Translations under genes and position numbers: made by a program
NCBI GenBank assembly: GCA_043818055.1
Contig: JBDRGF010000075.1
Coordinates: forward strand, 10,078-74,077
DNA from: Pseudomonadota bacterium
Lineage (GTDB): Bacteria; UBA10199; 2-02-FULL-44-16; JBDRGF01
Direction: 5' to 3'
DNA length: 64,000 nucleotides
The notes under the pieces: model-generated
Database searches by the model: none
Seen by the model: the letters and a program-made list of their open reading frames with translations, nothing else
What the model was told of the DNA's origin: nothing
Shown here: positions 36,815 through 46,640 of the stretch, in pieces
Numbering within the stretch: position 1 is the first letter of the stretch
Layout of the letters: the number at the start of each line of letters is the position of its first letter

Positions 36815-39736
36815 TTAATAAAACCTATACAACACCCCAAGGTTGAAATACTGAAATCTTCCGGTCTCATCGGTCAGGCTCTCACTCGAATATGTATAAT
36901 CTCCGAAGATTTCAAGCCTTTCGCTCAATTTTAACCTATTTGAGATATTAAAACCATATAAATCTAAACCGCTCAACGTCAGATTTCTTTTCCTATCCTC
37001 TCCGACAAAGCCCCCGACATAAGTGCTGATCCACTTATTCCATTCATGGTAGATTTCTGTCGTGATGTCATGTTGTTCTGTTTCTTCTATCAACGGTATT
37101 ATCGACAGATAATTGTTTTTGATATGCAGTTTGCCATATGTGAATTCATAGCCAAGTCTGATTTCCGGGCGTTTAAGGATGATGAACCTCAAAGATGCAT
37201 TGATATTATCATCCCTGCCGAAGTCGTTTCCTATATTCTGAGGTGTCTTGCTGCTGTTCACCCAGTACCAGTTGCTCCTGTAACTGGCATTCAGGATGGC
37301 CCTCTCATAAAATATTTTTTCATAGAAGAGCCCGGCGGTTGCCATTTTGCCGTCGTAATAGAGTGCGTCAACCGGGTCTTCCAGGATTTTGTTGTAGCTG
37401 TAATCCAACTGGAGCAGCCCGAATTTTCTGTCTTTCCACTCAAAGAAGAGATTTCCTGCAGGGTAATATTTTTTATCGACCATCTGGTTAGAAATTCCAG
37501 CCCCCAGCGTGATCGAATGATATGGTTTGAATTTTATCATGGCGTCTACGACATTCGTCAAAGTCCAGAATCTCTTGTTGATCAGCGGCAGATCTGCGCC
37601 ATCTCTTCTTATTGTGTAGCCAGCTTCAAACGTCCATTGGCAGTTGAATGGATGTACATATCTTGCATATGGGCCGGAAAAGTTCTGGCTTCCGCTTATG
37701 CTTCCATCCGCTCCGGCTGTGATATAAGGCTTAAATTCCTTGTCTAGTTCACCCAAAATCTCCTTTACGGTCTCATCTCCCGGATAGAGCTCTTTGAATT
37801 TGGTGAACATAGGATACGCCCGGCACCAGTCTCCGAGCTCGTAAAGAATTGATGCATATGTGATCTGTAGCCTGCTGTCGTTTGGAAACCTCTCAAGCAG
37901 AGGTTCAAGCTCCTGCCTGGCCTTCTTGTATTCCTGTTTTGTGATGTAGATTCTTGCTATGTTGTTGATGAGGACGACGTCGTAAGGAAATCTTTTCCTG
38001 TAATCTGAAGCAAGATCATGTGCCTCACTGAGTCTTTTGGTGTCGATGAGGGTTTCGATGTATTGGTTAGCGATATCTATATTGTCAGGGTGTGCCTTTA
38101 TGAGTTTCCCAAACAATTCATCGGATAGCTCCTTCTGACCGAGCAAGGCGTAAATTCTGGCCTTGTGGGTAGCAAAGGTGAAGTCATCATCTCTTGTCGC
38201 ACCTTTTTCGATCTCCTCTCTGTACATCAGGTCGAGAGCGGTTTTTAATTCTCCCTCTGATTTTTTCTTCTCGTTCATGGAGATGTAATACTCGCCCAAT
38301 CTGTAATGAGGATAGTAATCGAGAGGATTTTTGGCCGAGTATTCATTATACGCTTTTATAGCAGCTAAAGGATTATTCTGATAGAGGTAGATATCTCCCA
38401 TATATCGATAGATCGAGGGATTGTCGTACTGCCTGTCGATCAGCATCTGAAAGACCTTGTTGGCCTTTTCCATCTGTCCAGCCCATACATATCTCTCTCC
38501 CAGATCTAAATACATCGCAGGGTCGTTCGTGCTCTTCGCACATTTTTCAATGACCGCTATGGCCGCGTCGGTATTCCCCTCCATGTCATAAAGGGCAGCG
38601 AGATCTATCGCAAACTCTTTATTTTTAGGCATCATCTCTGTCAGCGTTGTCAGCACACCCTTTGCGACGTCATATTTTTTCAGTTCCAACAATATATAGA
38701 CCAGTTCATCCTTATCTTCGAATGTAGCCGGGTTTGCGTAGAACTCCTTCAGATAGATGGGGAGCAGCTTTTCCTTCACGTCGTTCCATTTATATAGCTC
38801 GGAGAGCATCTTGAGGTAATAAGGATCTTCGATTTTTGATTTTGCAAGGAGATCTTCGATATAGCCCATAGCCCTTTTTTGTTGTTCCGTGCCGACATAC
38901 CATTCTATGAGGTTCTTTTTCAGCTCCAGGTTACCTGGCTCCCTCTTTATCCATTTTTTGAACCACTTGTCGGCATCATCATATTCCTTTGCCATCGTCT
39001 TGTATTCGATCATCCTCTCCCATTCCTTCGTATCTTTCGGATTCTTGTTGATGTTTTTTTCGAGGATTTTCTCAAGCGATTTTCCTCTGCCACTGATTTT
39101 GGCGAGGCTCATATATTTTTCAAGCGCCTCTATATTTTCGCTGTCGGCCTGCAACACCTTTTCGATCAGTGCGATTGTCGTATTCAGGTCTCCTGATTTT
39201 TCGTATAGAATGAGCAGCTCATTGTCGATAGTTTTGATCTCTTCAGGTTTATATCTCTTCTGTCTTTGAAGAACATCTATTGCGCTTTTGTATTTCTGAT
39301 CCATGAGGAAGAAGCCATAGAGGTCGTTCAATATCTGTTTTCCATCCTCATCGTCGAAAGAGATGCCGCTCTTTGTGCGATAGTCATACCAGCCTTCATA
39401 AGCTTTTTTGGTCTTGTCCGGCTGTTCTGTCCATGTGTAGAATCGCACTACCTCTTTGAAATTTTCATCAGAGGGTTTTAGCGTTAACAATTTTTCAAAA
39501 TATCTTCCCGCCTCTTCGGTCTCCCCGATATTTTCAAGGCTTTTAGCAAGCATGTTGATTGCGCGATAATTGTCAGGCTCCTCTGTAAGTATCGTTTTGA
39601 ATTTCTCTATCGCCTCATGAACCTTGGCGCTCTTGTAGAGCATCCATCCCTCTCTCATCTTCGATGGATGTAAAATCACACCTACGATCAGAATCAGGAG
39701 GACAAAGAGTGCTATGTACCACGATTTAAGACTCAT
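36815..39736 (-). CDS. PelB-like TPR plus C-terminal beta-barrel export protein
   Basis: Long TPR region, then beta-strand domain ending FNLGVLYRFY; pel context. Confidence 0.75.
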   Translation of the reverse strand: MSLKSWYIALFVLLILIVGVILHPSKMREGWMLYKSAKVHEAIEKFKTILTEEPDNYRAINMLAKSLENIGETEEAGRYFEKLLTLKPSDENFKEVVRFYTWTEQPDKTKKAYEGWYDYRTKSGISFDDEDGKQILNDLYGFFLMDQKYKSAIDVLQRQKRYKPEEIKTIDNELLILYEKSGDLNTTIALIEKVLQADSENIEALEKYMSLAKISGRGKSLEKILEKNINKNPKDTKEWERMIEYKTMAKEYDDADKWFKKWIKREPGNLELKKNLIEWYVGTEQQKRAMGYIEDLLAKSKIEDPYYLKMLSELYKWNDVKEKLLPIYLKEFYANPATFEDKDELVYILLELKKYDVAKGVLTTLTEMMPKNKEFAIDLAALYDMEGNTDAAIAVIEKCAKSTNDPAMYLDLGERYVWAGQMEKANKVFQMLIDRQYDNPSIYRYMGDIYLYQNNPLAAIKAYNEYSAKNPLDYYPHYRLGEYYISMNEKKKSEGELKTALDLMYREEIEKGATRDDDFTFATHKARIYALLGQKELSDELFGKLIKAHPDNIDIANQYIETLIDTKRLSEAHDLASDYRKRFPYDVVLINNIARIYITKQEYKKARQELEPLLERFPNDSRLQITYASILYELGDWCRAYPMFTKFKELYPGDETVKEILGELDKEFKPYITAGADGSISGSQNFSGPYARYVHPFNCQWTFEAGYTIRRDGADLPLINKRFWTLTNVVDAMIKFKPYHSITLGAGISNQMVDKKYYPAGNLFFEWKDRKFGLLQLDYSYNKILEDPVDALYYDGKMATAGLFYEKIFYERAILNASYRSNWYWVNSSKTPQNIGNDFGRDDNINASLRFIILKRPEIRLGYEFTYGKLHIKNNYLSIIPLIEETEQHDITTEIYHEWNKWISTYVGGFVGEDRKRNLTLSGLDLYGFNISNRLKLSERLEIFGDYTYSSESLTDETGRFQYFNLGVLYRFY

Positions 39737-39743
39737 AATAAAT

Positions 39744-39794
39744 GTAGCCGCGGGCTTTAGCCCGCGTCTTGCGCAGGCTGAAGCCTGCGGCTAC
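39744..39794. repeat. GTAG-type REP doublet
   Basis: GTAGCCGCGGGCTTTAGCCCGCG...GCAGGCTGAAGCCTGCGGCTAC. Confidence 0.75.
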
Positions 39795-39797
39795 TTT

Positions 39798-41870
39798 TTA
39801 ATTAATGATTACATTCACCCATTCGTACTTATTTCCCAAAATCTCTTCTAGTATCGAAATCTCACCGTTGGCATCTGCCTTTACCATAAAGGGCATGTTG
39901 TTGATCTTGATTGAATATTCCTTCTCCTTTACCATTCCCCCGATTGTAAAATTAACCCTTCCAACTGTATTGAGTTTGAACGCGACCTTCGCACTCTGAG
40001 CATTGAGCTTAAATTCTTTTACGTGGCCGTTTGCCTTGACGAGATAGGGTCTCGTCGGTCTTTGGCTCGTCAGGACGACCTGGGATTTTTTGCCGTTGTC
40101 GAGGTGGACATATAGCGAATTCTGATAATGCAGGAAGCCTAAGACCCCCTGCGATTTCGCGAGATCGACATAGCTTTTATTATTGTCAAATCTAATCGTC
40201 ATGAGATTGTTGTTATCTGTTATTAGCCAGTTGGTTGGTGAGAGTTTGTTGATATTCGTCGATAAGAAGCCGTTGGCAATTTGGACATATTCGGATGTGA
40301 AGACGGGGGCTATCTCCTGTGTGAGGGACCATTCATATGCAGATTTTATAGCGTCGATCGCTTCCTGATATTCCATCACATAGAAGTGATAGTAAACATC
40401 TACGGGGGTAAGTCTGATCGGGCGTTCCGTGTTTTTGAAGGTGTTTATTACGAATTTTATTCCATAATATGGCCCCGTCCATTCATTCGTGTATGGAATC
40501 TCGTTGGATGCGCTAGCTAGATGTTGCCTTAAGCCGTCGACATTTCGAAAGATAGGGGCGACATATGTGTAGCTTGGAAAATGATCGTCGAAACGAGTGT
40601 CTCCCCCGTTGAGATCGTAGATGTTGTGATCATATACGTATTTTAGAGCTCCATAATCCGGCTCGCAGTCACCCGTCCAGAGAAGGATTTTTGCTTTTTT
40701 GTCAGGAGGAACAAGGTTTTTATTTATATAATCCAGCGCATTTCCAATCTCATTCTGCGGCGTATATTTATATCCCGTCGTTCGCATACCCATCGAGCTC
40801 TTATCCCCCAGTCTCCACGTGTAGGGATGTGCCCAGCCGTGGCTGGCAGGTTCGACATTGGGGAGTTTGAACATTTTTTTTATCGTGCTGGTGAGTCTTT
40901 CTTTCTCTCCACCTACAGACATCAATATATCTCCGACGACGATGGATGCGGTGATAGGAAGGTTATATTTTGTCATGAGCTGATCGAAGACCAGTTCTCC
41001 ACAGGGGGTTTTTTTATCTGTGTAGCTCATATTTCTTATGCCATCCCCATCGATCTGGCTGTAGAATAGCCGCATGCCGTTTAGCGTAGTTGAATCGGGT
41101 TTTGGAAAATCAGCCTTGAAGACCTCTTTGAAAAAGATAAATGGGTTAATTTTCCATCGGGATTGATAATCGCCCGGATTTAGATAGGCTGCGTAATCGG
41201 TCAGGACAAAACCCCCTTTTGAATGCACGAATACGGCATCGCATTTTATGCCGTTATCCTTTCTTTTGAGTTTGAGATAAACCTTGGCGTTTTTATCGAG
41301 CACTTTTAGATTTTCAAAATTTGTGAGCTCACCTTTGAGAGGCCGTTCGAACTCAGTCATCTTTGGATCGTTATATGTGATTTCGATTAGCAGGGGGCTG
41401 TTTGTAGTTTCAGAGCCATCGAAGGAGATTCTGAACGCATTGAAAAATTTATCCATGACCGCTTCGGGTGTCGGCTTATTTTTTTCATCCGCGTCAAAGC
41501 CAAAATCATCTAAAATCAGCAGCTTTTTTCCTTTGCCAAGCTGTTTTGTCAGCCAGTTGGCATAGTCGGCTGCACCTTTAAGCTGGTTGTCAGTAAACCA
41601 GCTGATTATGCCGAAGTATTTCGTCATCTCCTGATCTGTTGGCAGGTGCTTCGATACATCGACATAATCGACTTTGAATCCAAGATAGTTGAGAGGCATC
41701 TCGGCCCATTTGAAAATCCTGTTGTCGAAATCCTCTCTGATCTCGGATCCATCGATAACTGCGAGGATGTTTCTGTTAACAGGGGCTCCAAATGCCGGAA
41801 AGAGTGGTGTGATAGAAAAAACAACAAAAAATATTACTGAAAAAGGCAAAAAAAACCCCATCTTATTCAT
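39798..41870 (-). CDS. PelA-like polysaccharide deacetylase protein, paralog 2
   Basis: Colinear with 26940-28985 (VNRNILAVIDG, IDGDG, ASHGWAHP, WTGDC, NGGDTRFD). Confidence 0.8.
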   Translation of the reverse strand: MNKMGFFLPFSVIFFVVFSITPLFPAFGAPVNRNILAVIDGSEIREDFDNRIFKWAEMPLNYLGFKVDYVDVSKHLPTDQEMTKYFGIISWFTDNQLKGAADYANWLTKQLGKGKKLLILDDFGFDADEKNKPTPEAVMDKFFNAFRISFDGSETTNSPLLIEITYNDPKMTEFERPLKGELTNFENLKVLDKNAKVYLKLKRKDNGIKCDAVFVHSKGGFVLTDYAAYLNPGDYQSRWKINPFIFFKEVFKADFPKPDSTTLNGMRLFYSQIDGDGIRNMSYTDKKTPCGELVFDQLMTKYNLPITASIVVGDILMSVGGEKERLTSTIKKMFKLPNVEPASHGWAHPYTWRLGDKSSMGMRTTGYKYTPQNEIGNALDYINKNLVPPDKKAKILLWTGDCEPDYGALKYVYDHNIYDLNGGDTRFDDHFPSYTYVAPIFRNVDGLRQHLASASNEIPYTNEWTGPYYGIKFVINTFKNTERPIRLTPVDVYYHFYVMEYQEAIDAIKSAYEWSLTQEIAPVFTSEYVQIANGFLSTNINKLSPTNWLITDNNNLMTIRFDNNKSYVDLAKSQGVLGFLHYQNSLYVHLDNGKKSQVVLTSQRPTRPYLVKANGHVKEFKLNAQSAKVAFKLNTVGRVNFTIGGMVKEKEYSIKINNMPFMVKADANGEISILEEILGNKYEWVNVIIN

Positions 41871-41996
41871 AACTTGGAGCTTACCATCAATTCGAAATAT
41901 GTGCAATGAATTCAACAGAGAAAAAGCGCATGTAGCATGAAAACGTGAAGCGTCCACCCGTGAAGCGCAAAGAAGGTGTTTTTACGTTTCACGCTT

Positions 41997-44051
41997 TTAG
42001 TTGATGATTACCAGCTTATTGATATCCACTGTGATGTCGAATTCGATCTGGTTGGCGTTTTGTGTGAATGCGATCGTCTCTGGCGCGGCTAGCCTTGAGG
42101 ATGTGGCTATGACGCTTGATACAGATGGAAGGGATGAAATGTCGAGGGCGACGTGAATGGTCTGGGGTATTATGGAAAAATCTCCGTTCGCGCCGACTAA
42201 GTTTACTATGTGCAAAACTAATTTATTATCTCTCTTATAAAGCGCCATGTGCACATAGTCGTCCGCATCTGTCTGTATCAGACTGGAAGAATAATTTGTT
42301 ACGGCTGTCGAAAATTTGTTGAATGCATTTGAGTCACTGGAGACGAAGTAGCTTTTTCCAATCTGCGATTTGCAGTAGGTCGAGCTTCCCTGCCCATATG
42401 TTTTTTCTGAGCAAGTCCCGGCGGGTGTGTCGATGTCGAGGATTTCGGCCAGAGCATTTGTTCCTCTCAATACCGCATTTTCATCGAGCGTTCCAGGGGC
42501 TTCACCTGTGATAAAAGCATGGCCTCCGTTTTGTACATAGGCTTTTATCAGCGTGGCTTCGGCATCTGTCAGCGAACGGTAATCGGGCAGGACGATCATC
42601 TCATAATTATTTAGGATCGCTTCAGTGATGAGTCGGGATGGCTGTATGTCGAACGGCTGATGCAGGTGGACGAGCGCTTTTGTAAACCCTTTGTATTCTG
42701 CGATATAGTTTGAATAGTCGATGGAATCGGGTTCGCTGTTGGTCCACCACGCCATGTTGGGGTCGGGCCTGTTCCATTTGGAATATAAGGATACTCCGCA
42801 GGATCCTGCAACGATGCATGTGCCATCTATATAATCCCTTGATGATGATGAGTGAATCAACGCAATCTTTGCCTGTGATGTCGATCGAAAGATCTCATCC
42901 TGATAATCGAGTATCCACCCGAAGACTCGTGTTCTGTAATCAGCGCCGACCGTCGTCGTCATCTGGGGAATTTTTAATTCGTATGGATTGCATTGCGCTG
43001 CCAAAGCCAGCGTCAGGACTGTTTCGGCATCCTCTGGCTCGTAACCATAGACAAATGCCCAGGCTGGTCTTCCACGATCTGCACCTCTTCCGTATTTGAA
43101 CATCGCGAGCATGCTGAGCCAGTCATCGTGGGGGGCGTTGACCATGGAATTTGTGTCGGAGATCGCATCGACCTCCCACACGTGCCAGAAGCCATCAAGC
43201 GGCCCTGTGAAGCTCCCGTCAAGCCCCTCGTTTACAGCCGCGTTATAATCCATCGTGACTGTTTCTACAGTGATGTAAAAATCAGGGTTGACCTCTCTCG
43301 CTGCTGCAAAAATATCTTTTTGAAATGTGTCGATGATATCGTGGCGCCACTGGATCCATCTCCACCATGCGGCATCCGGAGTCTCAGAAACTGTAGGCAT
43401 GTTATAGCCCGTATCGGCTTTGAACTGGGCCTTTTCCTCGGGCGTATGGCTCGTCCATTTTCCGACGATATCGTTATACAGAGGGACATCAACCCATATT
43501 CCATCGATGCCGGTCGCCGCTATCTTTTTGACCCTGTCCAGATAGTACTGCCTGTAAGGTGTTAAGGGACTAAGCCACGCGCTTTCATCTCCCGGATCAA
43601 CCCAGAAGACGAGGCTGCCGTAGAAGACATTGACAGTTCCATCGATGCTCAGCTGCACCCATGTCGGATGATCTTTGTACATAGAGGAGGTGGATTCTTC
43701 ACCGCCGATAGTGATCGATTCGAGGCTTGGATAATACCACACAACTTTGAGATTTTTGTCATGGGCGTAGGTGGCAACCTTTCGCATTATTTCGAGCTCT
43801 CTTTCGAAGACCTCCTCAGTGATATATTCAGAGAGTGTTCCATCGACTTCGACCACAGTAGCGTTCTGATTAACGAAGTCGTTGAGCAGGGCTATCATTT
43901 CAGAATCTGAGATCTCCTGATCGAGCGCCAAACCTCCGACGGTCGCGACATTCATCCAGTCCGCAGGCGGAACAGGCATTTTACTCCCTCCGCCTCCCGA
44001 ACAGGTGAGCCCCATGAGTATGACTATTAATAAGAGGATTTTAATATACAT
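41997..44051 (-). CDS. Putative lipoprotein glycoside hydrolase-like protein (TIM barrel plus GATase-like domain)
   Basis: Lipobox-like MGLTC then SGGGG; GIDGIWVD; YVQNGG trimerisation-like domain. Confidence 0.6.
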   Translation of the reverse strand: MYIKILLLIVILMGLTCSGGGGSKMPVPPADWMNVATVGGLALDQEISDSEMIALLNDFVNQNATVVEVDGTLSEYITEEVFERELEIMRKVATYAHDKNLKVVWYYPSLESITIGGEESTSSMYKDHPTWVQLSIDGTVNVFYGSLVFWVDPGDESAWLSPLTPYRQYYLDRVKKIAATGIDGIWVDVPLYNDIVGKWTSHTPEEKAQFKADTGYNMPTVSETPDAAWWRWIQWRHDIIDTFQKDIFAAAREVNPDFYITVETVTMDYNAAVNEGLDGSFTGPLDGFWHVWEVDAISDTNSMVNAPHDDWLSMLAMFKYGRGADRGRPAWAFVYGYEPEDAETVLTLALAAQCNPYELKIPQMTTTVGADYRTRVFGWILDYQDEIFRSTSQAKIALIHSSSSRDYIDGTCIVAGSCGVSLYSKWNRPDPNMAWWTNSEPDSIDYSNYIAEYKGFTKALVHLHQPFDIQPSRLITEAILNNYEMIVLPDYRSLTDAEATLIKAYVQNGGHAFITGEAPGTLDENAVLRGTNALAEILDIDTPAGTCSEKTYGQGSSTYCKSQIGKSYFVSSDSNAFNKFSTAVTNYSSSLIQTDADDYVHMALYKRDNKLVLHIVNLVGANGDFSIIPQTIHVALDISSLPSVSSVIATSSRLAAPETIAFTQNANQIEFDITVDINKLVIIN

Positions 44052-44120
44052 TATCAATTCCGGCATTATACAGATTTAATACTGCAAATTGCAATAGAAC
44101 GATAACGTAAAAACGAGTCG

Positions 44121-44355
44121 CTAGCCTGTATTCTTCACAAGGTTGTGAAAAATACAGGAAATCACAAACTACAAACTCCAAATTTCAAATAAATCCCAAA
44201 ATACAAATATCAAAATATTCAAGAGAGTCTGTCTTAGATGTTTGAGTTTTGATTTTTTGTTTGAAGTTTGAAATTTGTTATTTATTTGGGATTTGGTGCT
44301 TGATATTTGGAACTTTAAAACATTTCTCAACGTTGTTGTGAGAAATCCGGGCTAG
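44121..44355. mobile_element. MITE-like palindromic element with CTAG ends and internal heptamer repeats
   Basis: Terminal IR CTAGCCTGTATTCTTCACAA / TTGTGAGAAATCCGGGCTAG (16/20); internal CAAA/TTTG-rich 7-mer arms. Confidence 0.55.
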
Positions 44356-44379
44356 CGACCAGCAACCAGTGACTGATTT

Positions 44380-45222
44380 TTACTGCGGATGAAAGAAAAT
44401 TTTATCGAGTTCGATGGTAGAGATATAAGGAATTAGATTTTGTGACCTTGCCATTTCAGAAATCTTTTCGATAGTTTTTTTATCTCCCGGACTTACATAA
44501 TCGAGAGCCAGTACCGGCTTTTGGAAAGTTTCCTGAAATAGTTTGATGGGGGCAAGCCTCTCCCTTGTCCATTCTTCGGATGTGAGTGAATACTTTTTAT
44601 TTTTGAAATCAAAAGTTGTGTAGATGTCCTCAACGACTAAAGCATCTATTTCATCCCCAACCATATCCGTCAGGAAGAGTCCGTTGTTGAGGACTATTAT
44701 GATGTTCGGGAATTTTTTTCGGATCTGCTTTATGAGTTTTACAGCCCCCTTGATCGATCCCTTTACCCCTTTTTGAGTCTCAAGATATTCGGCAGTATCT
44801 ATAGTGTCGAGAAAGAGGCCGTCAAATCCCCTTGCCAGAATCTCAGGTATGATCTCTTTGATGAGCGATTTGAGCCATTTTTTATTTTTTATATCTATCC
44901 TGAATGCCCCCGGCCAGTTCTCATTCTCTTCGACGAAAATGTTTTTGGCCTTCATCTCCTCGAAGTACCAGTTGTGTTTAGCGATCTCACCGAGGCTCAA
45001 ATAACCTACTACCTTGCTCCCTTTGTTTTTAAGCGGTTCGATTTGGGGGTGATTGATGCTGTCGAGAATGTAGAGGTCAAATTTAGGTATGTTTTCAGCC
45101 GGAAATTCGCCGCCATAGAAGCAGAGCCAGGAATTTATTTTATCAGTTCTATTTTCTGCATGGGATATTTGCATATTCAAAATCAGCGGGGAAAAGGCTA
45201 AAATGAAAGTCAGCCATTTCAT
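44380..45222 (-). CDS. Endo-alpha-1,4-polygalactosaminidase-like hydrolase (stand-alone PelA hydrolase domain, GH114/GH166-like)
   Basis: Signal peptide, GYLSLGE, NENWPG, GFDGLFLDTID, VLALDY. Confidence 0.85.
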   Translation of the reverse strand: MKWLTFILAFSPLILNMQISHAENRTDKINSWLCFYGGEFPAENIPKFDLYILDSINHPQIEPLKNKGSKVVGYLSLGEIAKHNWYFEEMKAKNIFVEENENWPGAFRIDIKNKKWLKSLIKEIIPEILARGFDGLFLDTIDTAEYLETQKGVKGSIKGAVKLIKQIRKKFPNIIIVLNNGLFLTDMVGDEIDALVVEDIYTTFDFKNKKYSLTSEEWTRERLAPIKLFQETFQKPVLALDYVSPGDKKTIEKISEMARSQNLIPYISTIELDKIFFHPQ

Positions 45223-45584
45223 TTCAGGAAGCCCTCAATCTTCTTCATCAGATCATCCACAGAATAAGGTTTTACGATGTAGTCATTTGCGCCGGCGGCA
45301 ATGGCCTTTTCCACATCCTCATCCCTGCCCAAAGCTGAGATGACAATTATCGGCACCTTTTTCAGATTGCTGTCGGAGCGGATTATCTTGATCATCTGCA
45401 TGCCATCTATTTCAGGCATCAAAAGGTCGGCTATGATGAGATCCGGGCCTTCAGATATGGCTTTAAACGCCCCATCCTTTCCATTATCCGCTATGAGGAC
45501 CTCGTAGCCTTTAAATTTCAGGCGATCCTTCATCATCTCCAAAAGGAGAATCTCATCCTCTACGACCAGAATCTTCTTTGCCAT
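45219..45584 (-). CDS. Single-domain response regulator
   Basis: ILVVEDE, DLLMP, AGANDYIVKP. Confidence 0.9.
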   Translation of the reverse strand: MAKKILVVEDEILLLEMMKDRLKFKGYEVLIADNGKDGAFKAISEGPDLIIADLLMPEIDGMQMIKIIRSDSNLKKVPIIVISALGRDEDVEKAIAAGANDYIVKPYSVDDLMKKIEGFLK

Positions 45585-45667
45585 TGATGCCTCCAGTGAT
45601 TTTGTGTTACCTTGCTAACAGAAGAGAGTCATCTTATCAAGATGATTTGGAAGATGGGGAGATACGA

Positions 45668-46588
45668 ATGTCAAAATTTTTTATAACAGGTGGTGCAGGG
45701 TTTATCGGTTCTCACGTGGCAGAGGAGCTTCTTAAGGGAGGTTGGGGCGAGGTCGTGATATACGACGATCTTTCAGGAGGTTTTAAGAGGAATCTCGATG
45801 CCTTGAAAGGCACATTCAAACTCATAAAGGGGGATGTTCGAAAATACTCTAAATTGGAAAAATCGATGAAGGATGCAGATTATGTTGTTCATCTCGCAGC
45901 CTTCGTCTCCGCATTCGATTCCTACAACAAGCCACAACTCACTCATGAAATAAACATTCAGGGGACAAACAACGTCCTTGAAGCTGCAAATAATTGCGGC
46001 GTCAGGCGAGTCGTTTTGGCATCCTCGGCAGCAATCTATGGCACCGAAGCAAATCTTCCCAACACAGAAGCGCTGCTCCCACGCCCTGAGAGCCCCTACG
46101 CCATATCGAAGATCTGCAACGAATATCAGGCCTTCATGTTTACAAAGATTTATGGATTGAAAACGGTCGCCTTGAGGCTCTTCAATGTCTTTGGCCCGCG
46201 GCAGAGCGATACATCCCAATATTCAGGCGTGATATCAAGATTCTTGAGCGCATTTCAGAACAAGGCGAATCCCGAAATTTATGGCGACGGCAGCCAGACG
46301 AGGGACTTCATATCGGTCAAGGATGTAGCGAGGTCTATAATTCTTGCCTTGACCAATGATAGATGCGGCTTAGGCGAGGTGATGAATATCGGCACAGGCA
46401 GAGAGACAAATCTCTTGCAGATACTCACCGCCTTTGACGAGATCTATGGCGTAAAACAGACGCGCACTTTCAAGCCATGGAGGGATGGCGATATAAAAAG
46501 GTCCGTAGCCAACGTCACCCGCGCAAAAGAGCTCCTAGGCTTTGAGGCACAGATCAGTTTAAAAGATGGATTGAGGTTGATGGCGTAA
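45668..46588 (+). CDS. NAD-dependent UDP-sugar 4-epimerase (PelX/WbpP-like)
   Basis: TGGAGFIGSH, SSAAIYG, YAISK, FNVFGPRQ, GDGSQTRDF. Confidence 0.88.
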   Translation: MSKFFITGGAGFIGSHVAEELLKGGWGEVVIYDDLSGGFKRNLDALKGTFKLIKGDVRKYSKLEKSMKDADYVVHLAAFVSAFDSYNKPQLTHEINIQGTNNVLEAANNCGVRRVVLASSAAIYGTEANLPNTEALLPRPESPYAISKICNEYQAFMFTKIYGLKTVALRLFNVFGPRQSDTSQYSGVISRFLSAFQNKANPEIYGDGSQTRDFISVKDVARSIILALTNDRCGLGEVMNIGTGRETNLLQILTAFDEIYGVKQTRTFKPWRDGDIKRSVANVTRAKELLGFEAQISLKDGLRLMA

Positions 46589-46603
46589 AAACGCCATTTT
46601 TTT
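46580..46603 (+). terminator. Probable Rho-independent terminator
   Basis: ATGGCGT-AAAA-ACGCCAT followed by a T-run, overlapping the stop codon. Confidence 0.55.
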
Positions 46604-46640
46604 GCGCTTCACGCTTCACGGGCGGACGCTTCACGTATTA

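Noticed and set aside
44160..44320. CRISPR array
   Set aside because: Degenerate 7-mers with no constant repeat/unique spacer pattern; no cas genes in the window.
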